Positions 54,832-64,000 of a stretch of 64,000 bases of DNA are shown piece after piece. This DNA comes from Dehalococcoidia bacterium (GTDB lineage Bacteria; Chloroflexota; Dehalococcoidia; Lucifugimonadales; UBA3495). The stretch lies in the NCBI GenBank assembly GCA_965237745.1, contig OZ250156.1, positions 373,932 to 437,931 on the forward strand, read 5' to 3'. Both the position numbers and the translations under genes were made by a program. Positions within the stretch are counted from its first letter, which is position 1. Every line of letters starts with the position of its first letter. The notes beneath the pieces are model-generated. The model saw only the letters and a list, made by a program, of their open reading frames with translations, searched no databases and was not told the DNA's origin.

Positions 54832-55362
54832 ATGTCCAAAGTCAACATAATTCACCATGTCAACATCCAGATCACGAACCGGGAGCAGACCCGCGAGTGG
54901 TATGAGAAGGTGCTGGGCGCCGAGTTCCTGGACCGCGGCCCGGCCCTCAACCGGCGGATGCTGCAGCTCCGCATCGGAAACGGGGAGATCCATACCAGCG
55001 AGGTGGACGAAATCGTGCACATTCCGCGAGTGCACTTCGCCATCGAGGTCGATGACTGGGACGCTGCCCTGGCCAACCTGGACACGCTGGGTGTCTCCTA
55101 CTCGCGCTCCGCTGGCGGGGCCTTCATGGGCACCGGCGGCGAGGACCCCCACCAGGGCCGACGCGAGGACACCAACGAGCACTACACCTACATTTCCGAC
55201 CCGGACGGCAACCTGATCGAACTGGTCTTTCACCCGCTGGGGCTGGAGAGCTCGGAGGGAGACACCGTCCCACTGCACCGAGACACCGAAAACTCCAAGT
55301 GGACGCAGACCCCCGGCTTCGTACAAGAAGCCTACCGCGAAGCGGAGGTCACGGTTTCCTGA
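54832..55362 (+). CDS. VOC-family (glyoxalase-like) protein
   Basis: MSKVNIIHHVNIQITNREQTREWYEKVLGAEF...HFAIEVDDWD...DPDGNLIELV. The track ORF begins 24 nt upstream. Confidence 0.7.
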   Translation: MSKVNIIHHVNIQITNREQTREWYEKVLGAEFLDRGPALNRRMLQLRIGNGEIHTSEVDEIVHIPRVHFAIEVDDWDAALANLDTLGVSYSRSAGGAFMGTGGEDPHQGRREDTNEHYTYISDPDGNLIELVFHPLGLESSEGDTVPLHRDTENSKWTQTPGFVQEAYREAEVTVS

Positions 55363-55639
55363 GACCCGGGTTGCCTGGCGCATTCCTCCTTGGTGGATAC
55401 TGATGATTCCCCATCCCACCTCCTCTCTACGCCGGAGGTTCGGGATGGGGGACTTTCTTGCTCTTGGATTTAATGCTGTGGTCGGGGAATCGAGCCAGGA
55501 TTTTGGGCGAGCGGGGGATGTCCAAGAAATTCCGGCAGCCGGAAACCCCTGGTCCCCAAATTGTGCCTGCCGGTTATCTCAACATTCACTACCACACTCC
55601 CCATCTCAAGCGCGGCAGCGCTGGAGCAGAGGCCGTCTA

Positions 55640-56392
55640 CTATAGACCGGCGTTGGCCAGGAAGGCTTCAAGGAGCCCGGTCATTTGCCTCTGATGCTCC
55701 GGCGCAAACTTGGTAAATTCGCGGAGGTTTCTGGCCGCTTCTTCCTCCGGGCTGAAAGCCTGCCCCATGAGTTCGTAATCGCCGGAAAAGACTCGATTCC
55801 ACACAGTCAGTTCTTCCAGCGTCAGCTGCGGCTCGAACTGGAAGGCATAGGACGTTCCGTACCGGAAGGACATGTTGATACGACAGAACCGTCCGTCCCG
55901 GAGCAAAATGTCGCCCTCGGCCATTTTCACGGCGCCGTCGGGAATGGTGAAGCACTCGCCGTGCAGCGTTGGCACCAAGGGAGACGAGATTGCTCCGAAT
56001 ACCCGGTCGGCGTCACCCTCGGCGGTTACGTGTATCTTTCGCATCCCGAACTGGTAGCCGCCGCTGGGCTGCACCGTTCCACCCAGCGAGGTGGCCATCA
56101 TCTGCGCGCCCAGGCATACGCCAAACACCGGCTTGCCCCGGGTCATCGCCTCCCGCAGATACTCGCGTTCAGCGTGCAGCGCCGGCAGGTCATCGTTGAC
56201 TGACATGGGGCCACCGAAGGCCATGATGAGGTCAACTCTGTCCAACGGGGGCGCATCGAAACGGTCGTATTCGGGCGCTGACTCGAAAATATTGCAGGTG
56301 ATGAACTCGAACCCATGCCGCTCCAGTATTGCCCGGAAGTTGCTGCCCATGGTCTCTGCTTCGTGGTGCCGGATGATAAGCGACCGTTTCAT
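55640..56392 (-). CDS. Class-I glutamine amidotransferase-like protein
   Basis: The start MKRSLIIRHHE is at 56390-92. GKPVFGVCLGAQMMA is the nucleophile elbow. The 305-aa track ORF includes a non-homologous 5' extension. Confidence 0.7.
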   Translation of the reverse strand: MKRSLIIRHHEAETMGSNFRAILERHGFEFITCNIFESAPEYDRFDAPPLDRVDLIMAFGGPMSVNDDLPALHAEREYLREAMTRGKPVFGVCLGAQMMATSLGGTVQPSGGYQFGMRKIHVTAEGDADRVFGAISSPLVPTLHGECFTIPDGAVKMAEGDILLRDGRFCRINMSFRYGTSYAFQFEPQLTLEELTVWNRVFSGDYELMGQAFSPEEEAARNLREFTKFAPEHQRQMTGLLEAFLANAGL

Positions 56393-56573
56393 CGAGTCCT
56401 CCGATACGCTGCTCTGGAATGGTCGCCCGAATGTATCACAACAGTCCTGCTCTCGCTTCCGCTCCCGCCTCCGCTGTCTGATGGTACAATCATCGGCACA
56501 GCGCGAGGCGGAGCCGCGAAGAGGCACGCAACGATAGCTCTCAATCGCGAAAGTCAAAGAAAAGGATATTTAC

Positions 56574-58184
56574 ATGGTTAAGATGACCGGCGGGCAAGCC
56601 CTCGTGAAATCGCTCTATCGAGAGGGCGTGCGGGTCGTGTTCGGGCTGCCTGGAGTGCAGCTCTACCACGCTATGGACGCTTTTTACGACGAGCCGGGCA
56701 TCCGGTTCATTACGACCAGGCATGAGCAGGCCACCGCCTACATGGCCGACGGCTACTCCCGCGCCGGCGGCGGCATCGGTACCGCGCTGGTGGTGCCGGG
56801 GCCGGGGCTGCTGAATGCCACCGCCGCCCTGAACACCGCCTACGCCGCCTCCTCGCCGGTGATGATGGTGTCGGGGCAGATTGAGCGCGATCTCATCGGC
56901 GTCAATCGTGGAATGCTCCACGAGGTGGACGACCAGCTGGACATCATGCGCACGGTCACCAAGTTCGCGCGGCGAGCGATGGACCCTGCTGAGGTGCCCG
57001 AGACGGTGCATGAGGCCTTTCAACACCTGAAGAACGGCAGGCCGCGCCCAGTGGAAATCGAGATTCCGCCGGAGACACTGGCCGAGGTGGGTGACATTGA
57101 GCTGCTGGAGCCGGAAGCGCCGCGTCCGCAGGCTCCGGACGCCGGGCGCATCGCCGAGGCGGCGCGGATGGTGGCTGCCGCGGAGAACCCGCTCATCTGG
57201 GCTGGAGGCGGGACAATATCGTCCGGCGCTTCGGACGCTGTGCGCAAGCTGGCCGAACACCTGCAAGCTCCGGTCATCGCCACCGCCGAAGGCAAGGGTA
57301 TAATCTCCGACCGGCACCCCATGTCCTTGGGTTCGCTGTGGCTGCGCAACGACACAGTGGCCGGGGAGAACAGCAGCCACGATTTGGTGCTGGCCGTGGG
57401 AACGCGCTTGGCCTTCCCCATGTGGCTGGGAGGGCAGCAGGTGGTGCAGATAGACGCGGACTCAGAGGAGCTGGGACGCAACTACGAGAACACCTACGGC
57501 GTGCACGGAGACGCCCGGGTGTCGCTGGAGGCGCTCCTGTCGGAGGTTTCCAAGATTGCCCCGGCACGCGCCGACCGTAGTGCCGAGGTGGCAGCGGAGA
57601 GGGCGCAGCGCGAGGAGGCGCGAATCATCGTGGAGCCGCAGGAATCTCTCCTTGCAGCGGTGCGTTCCGCGATGCCCGAGGACGGAATTCTCATCGCCGG
57701 GATGACCCAGCTTGGCTACTACAGCCGGGCCTACTTCCCGGTGTACGAACCGCGCACCTTTATTACCTCGTCATACTCCGGCAACTTGGGATACGCCTAC
57801 CCCACTGCGCTGGGGGCCAAGGTAGCCCAGCCAGACAAGGCCGTGGTAGCGCTGTCTGGCGACGGCGGCTTCATGTACAACTCGCAGGAGATGGCGACGG
57901 CGGTCCAATACGGCATCAACGCCGTCGTGGTGGTGTTCAACGACAACGCCTACGGCAACGTGCTGAGGGACCAGCGCAACCGCTTCACCGGGCGTACCAT
58001 CGGCGCCGAACTGCACAACCCCGACTTCATGAAGCTGGCCGAAGCCTACGGCATGAACGGCGTCCGCGCCGAGACCCCCGAGGCGCTGGAAACCGCGCTA
58101 CGGCAGTGCTTGGCCCACGACGGCCCATCGCTAATCGAGGTCCCGGTGGGGCCGATGCCCACACCATTCGAGCGGCTGGGGTAA
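56574..58184 (+). CDS. Thiamine-diphosphate-dependent enzyme (acetolactate synthase large-subunit-like)
   Basis: 536 aa. GGQALVKSLYREGVRVVFGLPG..., ...RHEQATAYMADGYSRA... and the TPP motif GDGGFMYNSQEMATAVQYGINAVVVVFNDNAYG. Confidence 0.85.
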   Translation: MVKMTGGQALVKSLYREGVRVVFGLPGVQLYHAMDAFYDEPGIRFITTRHEQATAYMADGYSRAGGGIGTALVVPGPGLLNATAALNTAYAASSPVMMVSGQIERDLIGVNRGMLHEVDDQLDIMRTVTKFARRAMDPAEVPETVHEAFQHLKNGRPRPVEIEIPPETLAEVGDIELLEPEAPRPQAPDAGRIAEAARMVAAAENPLIWAGGGTISSGASDAVRKLAEHLQAPVIATAEGKGIISDRHPMSLGSLWLRNDTVAGENSSHDLVLAVGTRLAFPMWLGGQQVVQIDADSEELGRNYENTYGVHGDARVSLEALLSEVSKIAPARADRSAEVAAERAQREEARIIVEPQESLLAAVRSAMPEDGILIAGMTQLGYYSRAYFPVYEPRTFITSSYSGNLGYAYPTALGAKVAQPDKAVVALSGDGGFMYNSQEMATAVQYGINAVVVVFNDNAYGNVLRDQRNRFTGRTIGAELHNPDFMKLAEAYGMNGVRAETPEALETALRQCLAHDGPSLIEVPVGPMPTPFERLG

Positions 58185-58260
58185 AGTCCCAGTTCCGAAT
58201 CAGCCGGGCCATCTGGCAAACAACCGGCTCTCTACAGGTTCGGATCTCTGAGAAACTTTA

Positions 58261-58291
58261 AGGGCGGGCTTCGATCCCGCCCTTTCGTCTT
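58261..58291. terminator. Intrinsic terminator between convergent genes
   Basis: agggcggg-cttcgat-cccgccct followed by ttcgtctt. Confidence 0.6.
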
Positions 58292-58419
58292 GTCCACCAG
58301 TTTTCTTGCAGGTCGCGCCCCAAGTGGCAGACGGTCAATATTGCGTCAAGGCCTCTCTCAGGGAGCAGACTTTGCGTATCGCCACGACTCCGGGCAAGGT
58401 TTTTGATTCTTTTGTCTTC

Positions 58420-59181
58420 TTAAACCAAGAGCTCTCGGCCCAAGAGCATTGACCCGCCAAGCACCACCAGCGCGACTACTACGTAACGAAACGCCTTTTC
58501 GTTCAGTCGTCCGACCAGCAGGCCGGCCAGCCCAAAGCCGACCAGCACCCCGGGAACCGTCAGCCCCACAGTCGTCAGGGCGCCTTGGGAGTACAGGCCG
58601 GTGGCCGCATAAAGGGCTATCGAGGCAATCCCGGACAGCACGAACATGGCGGCAAGGGATGCCCGCACCGTCTGGGCCGGCCACTTTTGTGCGATGGCGT
58701 AGACCGCGCCCAGCGGCCCTCCAATAGTGATGGCGGTCACGGCCAGGCAGGTTATGAAACCGAAGAACAGGCCGGATCCGGGAAAGGTGGCATAAGGGAG
58801 GTTGATTTCCCGGATGTTGAGCAGCCCCAGCACCACGATGAGCCCGCCGATGATGATGCGCAGCAGGCTTGGTTCGGCCACATTCAGCAGGAACACGCCC
58901 AACGGGGTGCCCAGCAGTCCCCCTATGATAAGACCCTTGCTCTTCCGAAGGTCCAAATGCTTCCAGGTGGTCAGGAGCACCAGGGACAGCAGTATGGTGG
59001 TGTGTGTATTGACCACCACGATGGCGGTCTTGGCCTCGATCAGCAAAAGGAGCGGAGGGGTTGCCATCACGCCGAAACCGAAACTCACCGTTCCCAGGAC
59101 CACGCCCGCCACGGTAACAATCAGCAGGGAGATGAGCAGTTCAACCGGTCCGGTTAGTTCCGTACCGAAGAACATTGTCAA
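58420..59181 (-). CDS. TauE/SafE-family sulfite/anion exporter
   Basis: 253 aa with ~8 TM segments, a duplicated 4-TM layout and G-rich helices typical of TauE. Confidence 0.7.
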   Translation of the reverse strand: MTMFFGTELTGPVELLISLLIVTVAGVVLGTVSFGFGVMATPPLLLLIEAKTAIVVVNTHTTILLSLVLLTTWKHLDLRKSKGLIIGGLLGTPLGVFLLNVAEPSLLRIIIGGLIVVLGLLNIREINLPYATFPGSGLFFGFITCLAVTAITIGGPLGAVYAIAQKWPAQTVRASLAAMFVLSGIASIALYAATGLYSQGALTTVGLTVPGVLVGFGLAGLLVGRLNEKAFRYVVVALVVLGGSMLLGRELLV

Positions 59182-59238
59182 AGGGAACGCGACCTAGCGG
59201 GAGGCGCCTCGCGCAGAGCCAACTCGGTCGTGCCAACG

Positions 59239-60285
59239 CTAGACACGGAACACACCCGCGGCGGCGGCATGCCGCAGGGCTGCTTCAACGCTGACCACGG
59301 GTGGTCCGTCGCGCCGCACCTCGATCTCCAAGAGGTTGCCGGGGTTCACAGAGAATGACCGCTCGCCATCCAAGGCCACGGTGGAATGTCGGCGCTCGAT
59401 GGTTACCCGCTGTCCGTCGGCAATCCGCTGCCATGACTCGATACCCACCACGGGCACGGAACCGGGCGCGATGGGGGCGCGAACGTACAGCTGCTCGCCG
59501 GACGGCTCCGGCAACGCGCCGTTCTCCGCATCATCCTCCCCTTCGACCTGATCCGGTCGAAAGGCAGCGATGCGGTAATGCAGCCCGCCCTCGTCGGCAA
59601 GGGACACCGCCTCCAGCCGCGCCCCGATGGAGGACAGGCCGATGGATGACGGTTCCGCTCGGGTTAGAAACACCTCGTAGATGGTGTTCATATCCCAGAT
59701 TGCGCGGGTTGCCACGAACCGCTCCTTGGACAGCGCTACATCGACCAGCGCAATGTCGCGGTCCTCGCCATCCACGATGACGGCGATGGTCTTGCTGCGG
59801 ACAGAGGCCTCTTCCAACGGGACTGTGCCGGAGGCCACCAATCCGGCGGCCATGCCTGCGATTGTCCCTTCGACCATGACGGGAAAGACGTTGTTGGTGC
59901 CGGTGGAAATGGCGACAAGCGGCAGGTCGCAGGAGCCCCTGGCCACAGCCCGGTTGGTGCCATCGCCCCCCAGCGTGATGACGCAGCCAACGTCCATCTC
60001 CGACATTGCCGCTGCGGCGCGCACTGTGTCGCCCTCGTTGTAAAGGGCCGACATACGCAACAACTCCACCTCTACGGAAAGGTGAGGGTCGTCGGCGGCG
60101 CGCTGTACGAGATGGGAGCTGTCGGGCATGGCCAGCACCTTGTCAACGCCCACCGACTGTAGCCCCAGCATCGCTCGCCGGACTACGTTCACCTTCTCCC
60201 AGTCGGGCACCACTCGTCCTTGGGCCACCAAGCGCCGTATGTCCTTGCTCGCCGCCGGGTTGGCAATAATTCCTACTAGCGACAA
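59239..60285 (-). CDS. ATP-NAD kinase-family protein (AcoX-like)
   Basis: MSLVGIIANPAASKDIRR...VITLGGDGTNRAVARG...VAISTGTNNVF resembles AcoX/NAD-kinase-like proteins. Confidence 0.65.
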   Translation of the reverse strand: MSLVGIIANPAASKDIRRLVAQGRVVPDWEKVNVVRRAMLGLQSVGVDKVLAMPDSSHLVQRAADDPHLSVEVELLRMSALYNEGDTVRAAAAMSEMDVGCVITLGGDGTNRAVARGSCDLPLVAISTGTNNVFPVMVEGTIAGMAAGLVASGTVPLEEASVRSKTIAVIVDGEDRDIALVDVALSKERFVATRAIWDMNTIYEVFLTRAEPSSIGLSSIGARLEAVSLADEGGLHYRIAAFRPDQVEGEDDAENGALPEPSGEQLYVRAPIAPGSVPVVGIESWQRIADGQRVTIERRHSTVALDGERSFSVNPGNLLEIEVRRDGPPVVSVEAALRHAAAAGVFRV

Positions 60286-60949
60286 AAACTGCCTCCCTCG
60301 CCATTCCGATAATACAGCCCACCGCGCACCCGTGGCGCGATGGCCTATTGTCTAGGACGTTGCCAGCTTTTTCAATAACCCGGCACCTTGGCGCAGGGTT
60401 TTGTGGTCTTCATATCGGCCAGTTGTGGCTTTGGTGGTGAGCCTTTCTAGCCATGGAAGGCCGGCCCTTCGCCGAGCTCAGCGCCGTCGGGATGACGAAC
60501 AACTGGAAGGCTCGGCAGCGTGGCGCAATGAGACCCGGATCGCGTGATCTGGTCTGTTGCGTCGATCCGCTACCATCCTCTGTTCGTTGGTTTGGTATTC
60601 CTGCATGTCAGGAGACGTCAAACGAACGAGTAATGTCGTCATTGGAAATTGGCCGGATACTACGTTACCATGATTAGAGTAGTCTGCGATCAATGAAGGT
60701 TTGGCCAGCGACAAAATCCCGGCGGGTACAACCGCGGTGGCGGCAGACGGTACCGGCTCCCTTACGGCTCCCTTACGACAGAATTCGTCAGTACCAGTAT
60801 CCCACTACATCCCACCGCCCCGGTCCACACATCAGCCGCATACAGCCCGTGGTCATACTGCATCCGCAGAGGTCAAGCTATCTGGAGCCAACTAAACGTT
60901 GGCGACATTCGCTGTAACGGGAGATTTGAATAACAAACAGGACGGAACT

Positions 60950-61822
60950 ATGAAATCAAATTGGCCCTTATGGTTTAAATCTTATCCTCATACGATAGGG
61001 CGCGGCTTCGCGCTCTTCGTTGTTTTGGCGATGGCCGTTATGGCCCCAAATGGAACTATATTCGGTTCGTCCGGCCCGGTCTACGCCTCTGGATCAAGCC
61101 AGGCGCAAACCGCCCACGAATTCTCTGGGCAGGCATACATTGACGGTCAGCCTGCACCCCAAGGGACGGTCGTATCCGTTCTGTCCGATGGTACGGAAAT
61201 CGCGTCGGTATCTACCAGCGTATCAGGCCAGTATTACAACCTGCAGGTCCCCAATTCGGGAGTTTTTGTGACCTTCACCGTCGATGGGTTGCCTGCCGCA
61301 GAAACCGCGACAACGCAGTCTGGAGGGACCACAAACCTGGACCTGAATGTGACCAGCGTTGTTCAGGCCCAGAGCGACCCACCGACCAGCATACCCACGC
61401 CCACGGCCGGGCCCACTCCGTCGAGCATTCAATCCGCCTTTCGCGTGGGTCCCACGGTTCGATTACGGCCAGTGAATGATGTCATCACTCAAGACCAGGA
61501 CGGGCTGGTGGAGATCATTTTCCGGAATCCCAATCTGAACGACACAGCCATGGTTATTGACTTGTCGATCAGCCTGCCCAGCGGGCTGCACGTCTATGGT
61601 GAGGGATTTGCCACAGACTCCGCCGCTGGAACAGCCAGCGGGAGCTACAGTGTCCCGCCGGGGCAGAGCGTAACGGTCTATCTGAATGTAAAGGCCGAGA
61701 AAGTCGGACGACTCCTGGTGCAGTTCAGTGGGACATATTGGCCGGAAGGCAACAAGGACCTGTACAACCCGATTTCTCTGAGTCACTCATTCACGGTCAA
61801 TCAGGCCTCAGCAACCCGCTGA
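60950..61822 (+). CDS. Secreted surface protein (Ig-like domain + CARDB/pre-PGF-like domain)
   Basis: A signal peptide begins at MKSNWPLWFKSY...FALFVVLAMAVMAP. The domain FSGQAYIDGQPAPQGTVVSV...FTVDG is shared with the next gene, and the second domain is shared with 63.3-64.0 kb. The frame ends at 61822 just before an out-of-frame sorting signal. Confidence 0.6.
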   Translation: MKSNWPLWFKSYPHTIGRGFALFVVLAMAVMAPNGTIFGSSGPVYASGSSQAQTAHEFSGQAYIDGQPAPQGTVVSVLSDGTEIASVSTSVSGQYYNLQVPNSGVFVTFTVDGLPAAETATTQSGGTTNLDLNVTSVVQAQSDPPTSIPTPTAGPTPSSIQSAFRVGPTVRLRPVNDVITQDQDGLVEIIFRNPNLNDTAMVIDLSISLPSGLHVYGEGFATDSAAGTASGSYSVPPGQSVTVYLNVKAEKVGRLLVQFSGTYWPEGNKDLYNPISLSHSFTVNQASATR

Positions 61823-62055
61823 GCCCTGGATCAGCGAATTCTGGACAAGCATCAGGCACCACCGCCGCCCCGGCAGCATCTCAGCCCAATACCGCCGCGC
61901 CTTCCGGGGACTCCGGCGATGGTGACCCCAACGTCAGCTGTAGCCTGAGCCCGTCGGGTTCCGTCGCCAACGGAGCCGGAGACGCGGCGCTGTTGGCCCT
62001 GCCTCTGCTGGGACTGGCGGGAATGGTGGTAGCGCGAAGACGCCGCGGGTCTTAG
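61738..62055 (+). other. Out-of-frame C-terminal sorting-signal-like segment (Pro/Ala/Ser linker, TM helix, RRRRGS)
   Basis: ...GQASGTTAAPAASQPNTAAPSGDSGDGDPNVSCSLSPSGSVANGAGDAALLALPLLGLAGMVVARRRRGS* has the shape of a sortase/exosortase-type anchor. It lies in a different frame from 60950..61822. Confidence 0.45.
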
Positions 62056-62141
62056 TTCTCCTATTAAGAATCGACCTGACTGCCGAAGCTGCAGCCCTCC
62101 AGCGGGCAGGCATTTATCTGGAATAACAGGGAGCTGATTGG

Positions 62142-64000
62142 GTGCGCCTCATAGCCACACGGACGGCATTGACTTTATTTACCCTCGCAATTGTTGTCGC
62201 GATCGCTGCAATCTCGTCCTTGACATCCGATGCGGCGGCGCAACAGGACATTCCCCCGCACTCGTTCAATGGTACCGCGAAAATAGATGGGAATTTTGCG
62301 CCCACGGGAACAGTGGTCTCGGCTGTGGTGGATGGAGTCGCCGTAGACTCGGTGGCAATGGACGAGCCGGGAGGTTCCACGATCTTCAGGTGTTTGTGGC
62401 CGGCAAGGAGGTAACTTTCACTATTGGGGAGTTACTGGCGGGTGAAAGCGCCACCTCGGAGGTGGGCGGAGCGGATGTCCTGTAACTGACCGCCAGCGAG
62501 ACCTCCTTTTCCCAGCAGGCAATCACCAACAGGCAGGTACTGTTCGACCTGTACTATGCCACGCAGGGCGTGCAATGGCGGTACCAAGACAACTGGCTGA
62601 GTCGCGAGCCGCTCAACACCTGGCGCGGCATCACCACCGGGAAGGGTGGAGTGACCGAGATCCGGCTCAACGGGAACAGGCTCAGGGGGAAGATACCCCC
62701 TGAGTTGGGAAACCTGCCGGGATTGACGCGCCTGGAACTGAGAGGCGGGACCGGAGGTAACGGCAACCAGCTCATTGGGAACATACCGGCGGAACTGGGC
62801 AACCTCACAAACTTGACGCATCTGGATATCAGCAACAATCAACTGGGGGGGCAGATTCCGCCTGAACTGAGCAAACTCACCAACCTGACCCACTTGGACC
62901 TAAGCAACAATGGCCTGACAGGGAGTATTCCCCCAGGAATTGGAAATCTCACCAACTTGATTTATTTGGACCTGTCCGGCAACAAGCTGACCGGCCGGAT
63001 ACCTGCCACGTTGGGAAAGCTCAAAGACAGCATAGAGACGCTGCGCATAAATAACACCGGAATGGAAGGCTGCATACCCGACGAGTTGAAGTACGTGCAG
63101 AGTTCGAGCACGGACATCCCGCAGGTCAACCTGTCCTTGGATTTCTGCTCAGAGTACATACCGCCGCCGACTCCGATGGCCACGCCCATGCCGACCTCCA
63201 CCCCGCTGCCGCGCAATCCGACGGTCCCGCCAGGGACCACACGGCAGCCAACTCCAACGCCCAAACCCACCACGCCCATCGGCCAGCCGACGGTGAACTT
63301 CCACGCGTCGCAAACTGAAGTGCTCGTGGGCGAACCGGTTGTGCTGACACTCTCCGTGGCCAATTCCATCATCAAGCCGGAAATGACCCTGCAACTGGTA
63401 TTGCAGCTCCCGTCCGGCCTGCTGGTAAGTGGTGAGGGGGGAATAGGCGAGGAGTGCTCCGTCCAGTGCGTCGGAATTTACACTGTCCCAACTGGCGAAA
63501 ACAAGGACTTCCTGCTGACTGCGGTTGCCAACCAACCGGGCTCATTCGACATAGAGGGCCGGATGGAGTGGTTTTTCGGGGGCGACCCGGAGACAACTCA
63601 TGACGGCGACGCGGAAAAGCTGCGGTTGAACGTACTGGAGCCACAATTGTCCCCGACTCCTACACCCACGCCTACGCCCACGCGGAGCCGACCCTGCCGC
63701 CGCATGTCGGACAGCCGACTGTAAATCTCCATGCCACGCAAACGGAAGTAAAGCTGGGCGACCCAGTGAAGCTGCAACTGTCAGTAGTGAACTCCATCGC
63801 CAAGCCGGAGATGACGTTGAAGCTAATTCTGCAGGTCCCGTCGGGCTGGTCAATGAGCGGTTCGGGATTCGCGGAGTCGTGCACCGGGCAGTGCGCCGCC
63901 ATCTATGACGTGGCCTCCGGCGACCAGGAGTCCATCGAACTGGAGATGCAGCCCAACCAAGCGGGATCCTTCACTGTGGAGGCCCAAATGGAGTGGTGGT
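62142..64000 (+). pseudogene. Secreted plant-type LRR surface protein broken by a frameshift (~62375), an in-frame TAA (62483-85) and a frameshift (~63680); continues off the window
   Basis: The GTG start gives the signal peptide MRLIATRTALTLFTLAIVVAIAAISSL. The Ig-like domain continues in the frame of ORF 62138. After the TAA the same frame reads ...WRYQDNWLS.EPLNTWRGITT, then LRRs (GKIPPELGNLPGLTRLEL...), a P/T linker and repeated TVNFHASQTEV.../TVNLHATQTEV... domains. Confidence 0.65.

Noticed and set aside
60286-60949. A 660-nt ORF-poor region upstream of the surface-protein gene, inspected for riboswitch, RNase P, SRP or 6S motifs.
   Set aside because: I could not recognise any diagnostic motif. 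Only an 11-bp direct duplication (ggctcccttac x2 at ~60755) was seen. A covariance-model scan would be needed.
14389-62485. Stop-codon reassignment as an explanation for the in-frame TAA/TAG codons (14389, 38789, 44802, 46333, 62483).
   Set aside because: TAG, TAA and TGA all terminate well-conserved genes at the expected positions (purL TAG, trpE TAA, trpG TGA). The in-frame stops occur only in accessory genes that also carry frameshifts.

Overview
High-GC bacterial chromosome segment, probably Chloroflexota. That assignment is an inference from a Dehalococcoidia-like tmRNA tag (GEREFALAA) and a T-box-controlled trp operon. Core genes look intact: purL plus a GT4 glycosyltransferase, recF, a hotdog dehydratase pair, an SDR, a class-V aminotransferase, glcD/E/F-like glycolate oxidase, trpE-G-D-C-F-B behind a Trp (UGG) T-box leader, tRNA-Asp plus ssrA, a CoxL-like molybdoenzyme, a DM13 protein, two VOC proteins, a GATase, a TPP enzyme, TauE and an AcoX-like kinase. 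On top of this sits a large accessory and decay layer. (1) The trp operon carries three toxin-antitoxin cassettes (one degenerate), a VOC gene and five hairpin repeats, several of them translationally coupled to trp genes. (2) A SelW/Rdx-like selenoprotein gene with an in-frame UGA (CxxU) and a SECIS-like hairpin is missed by the ORF track. (3) A roughly 16 kb lower-GC stretch between trpB and ssrA (34.4-50.2 kb) looks like a decaying genomic island. It holds a frameshifted dcd-like gene, an IS5 remnant, a MacAB-like efflux operon with a broken ATPase, an orphan coiled-coil membrane protein, a ~6 kb adhesin-like pseudogene, scrambled IS21 debris and a recombinase remnant. trpA is absent. (4) An intact ISAs1 element has a 10-bp target duplication, and an IS701 transposase lies at the left edge. 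(5) Two dispersed hairpin repeat families are present. (6) A tandem-repeat coiled-coil/nuclease-like gene is wedged inside the glc operon. (7) Broken surface-protein genes lie at the right edge. No CRISPR array, reverse transcriptase or recognisable multi-gene defence system was seen. The most novel candidates are the TA-colonised, T-box-controlled trp operon, the selenoprotein and the dcd-like two-gene islet. All family assignments come from reading motifs by eye, with no database search.
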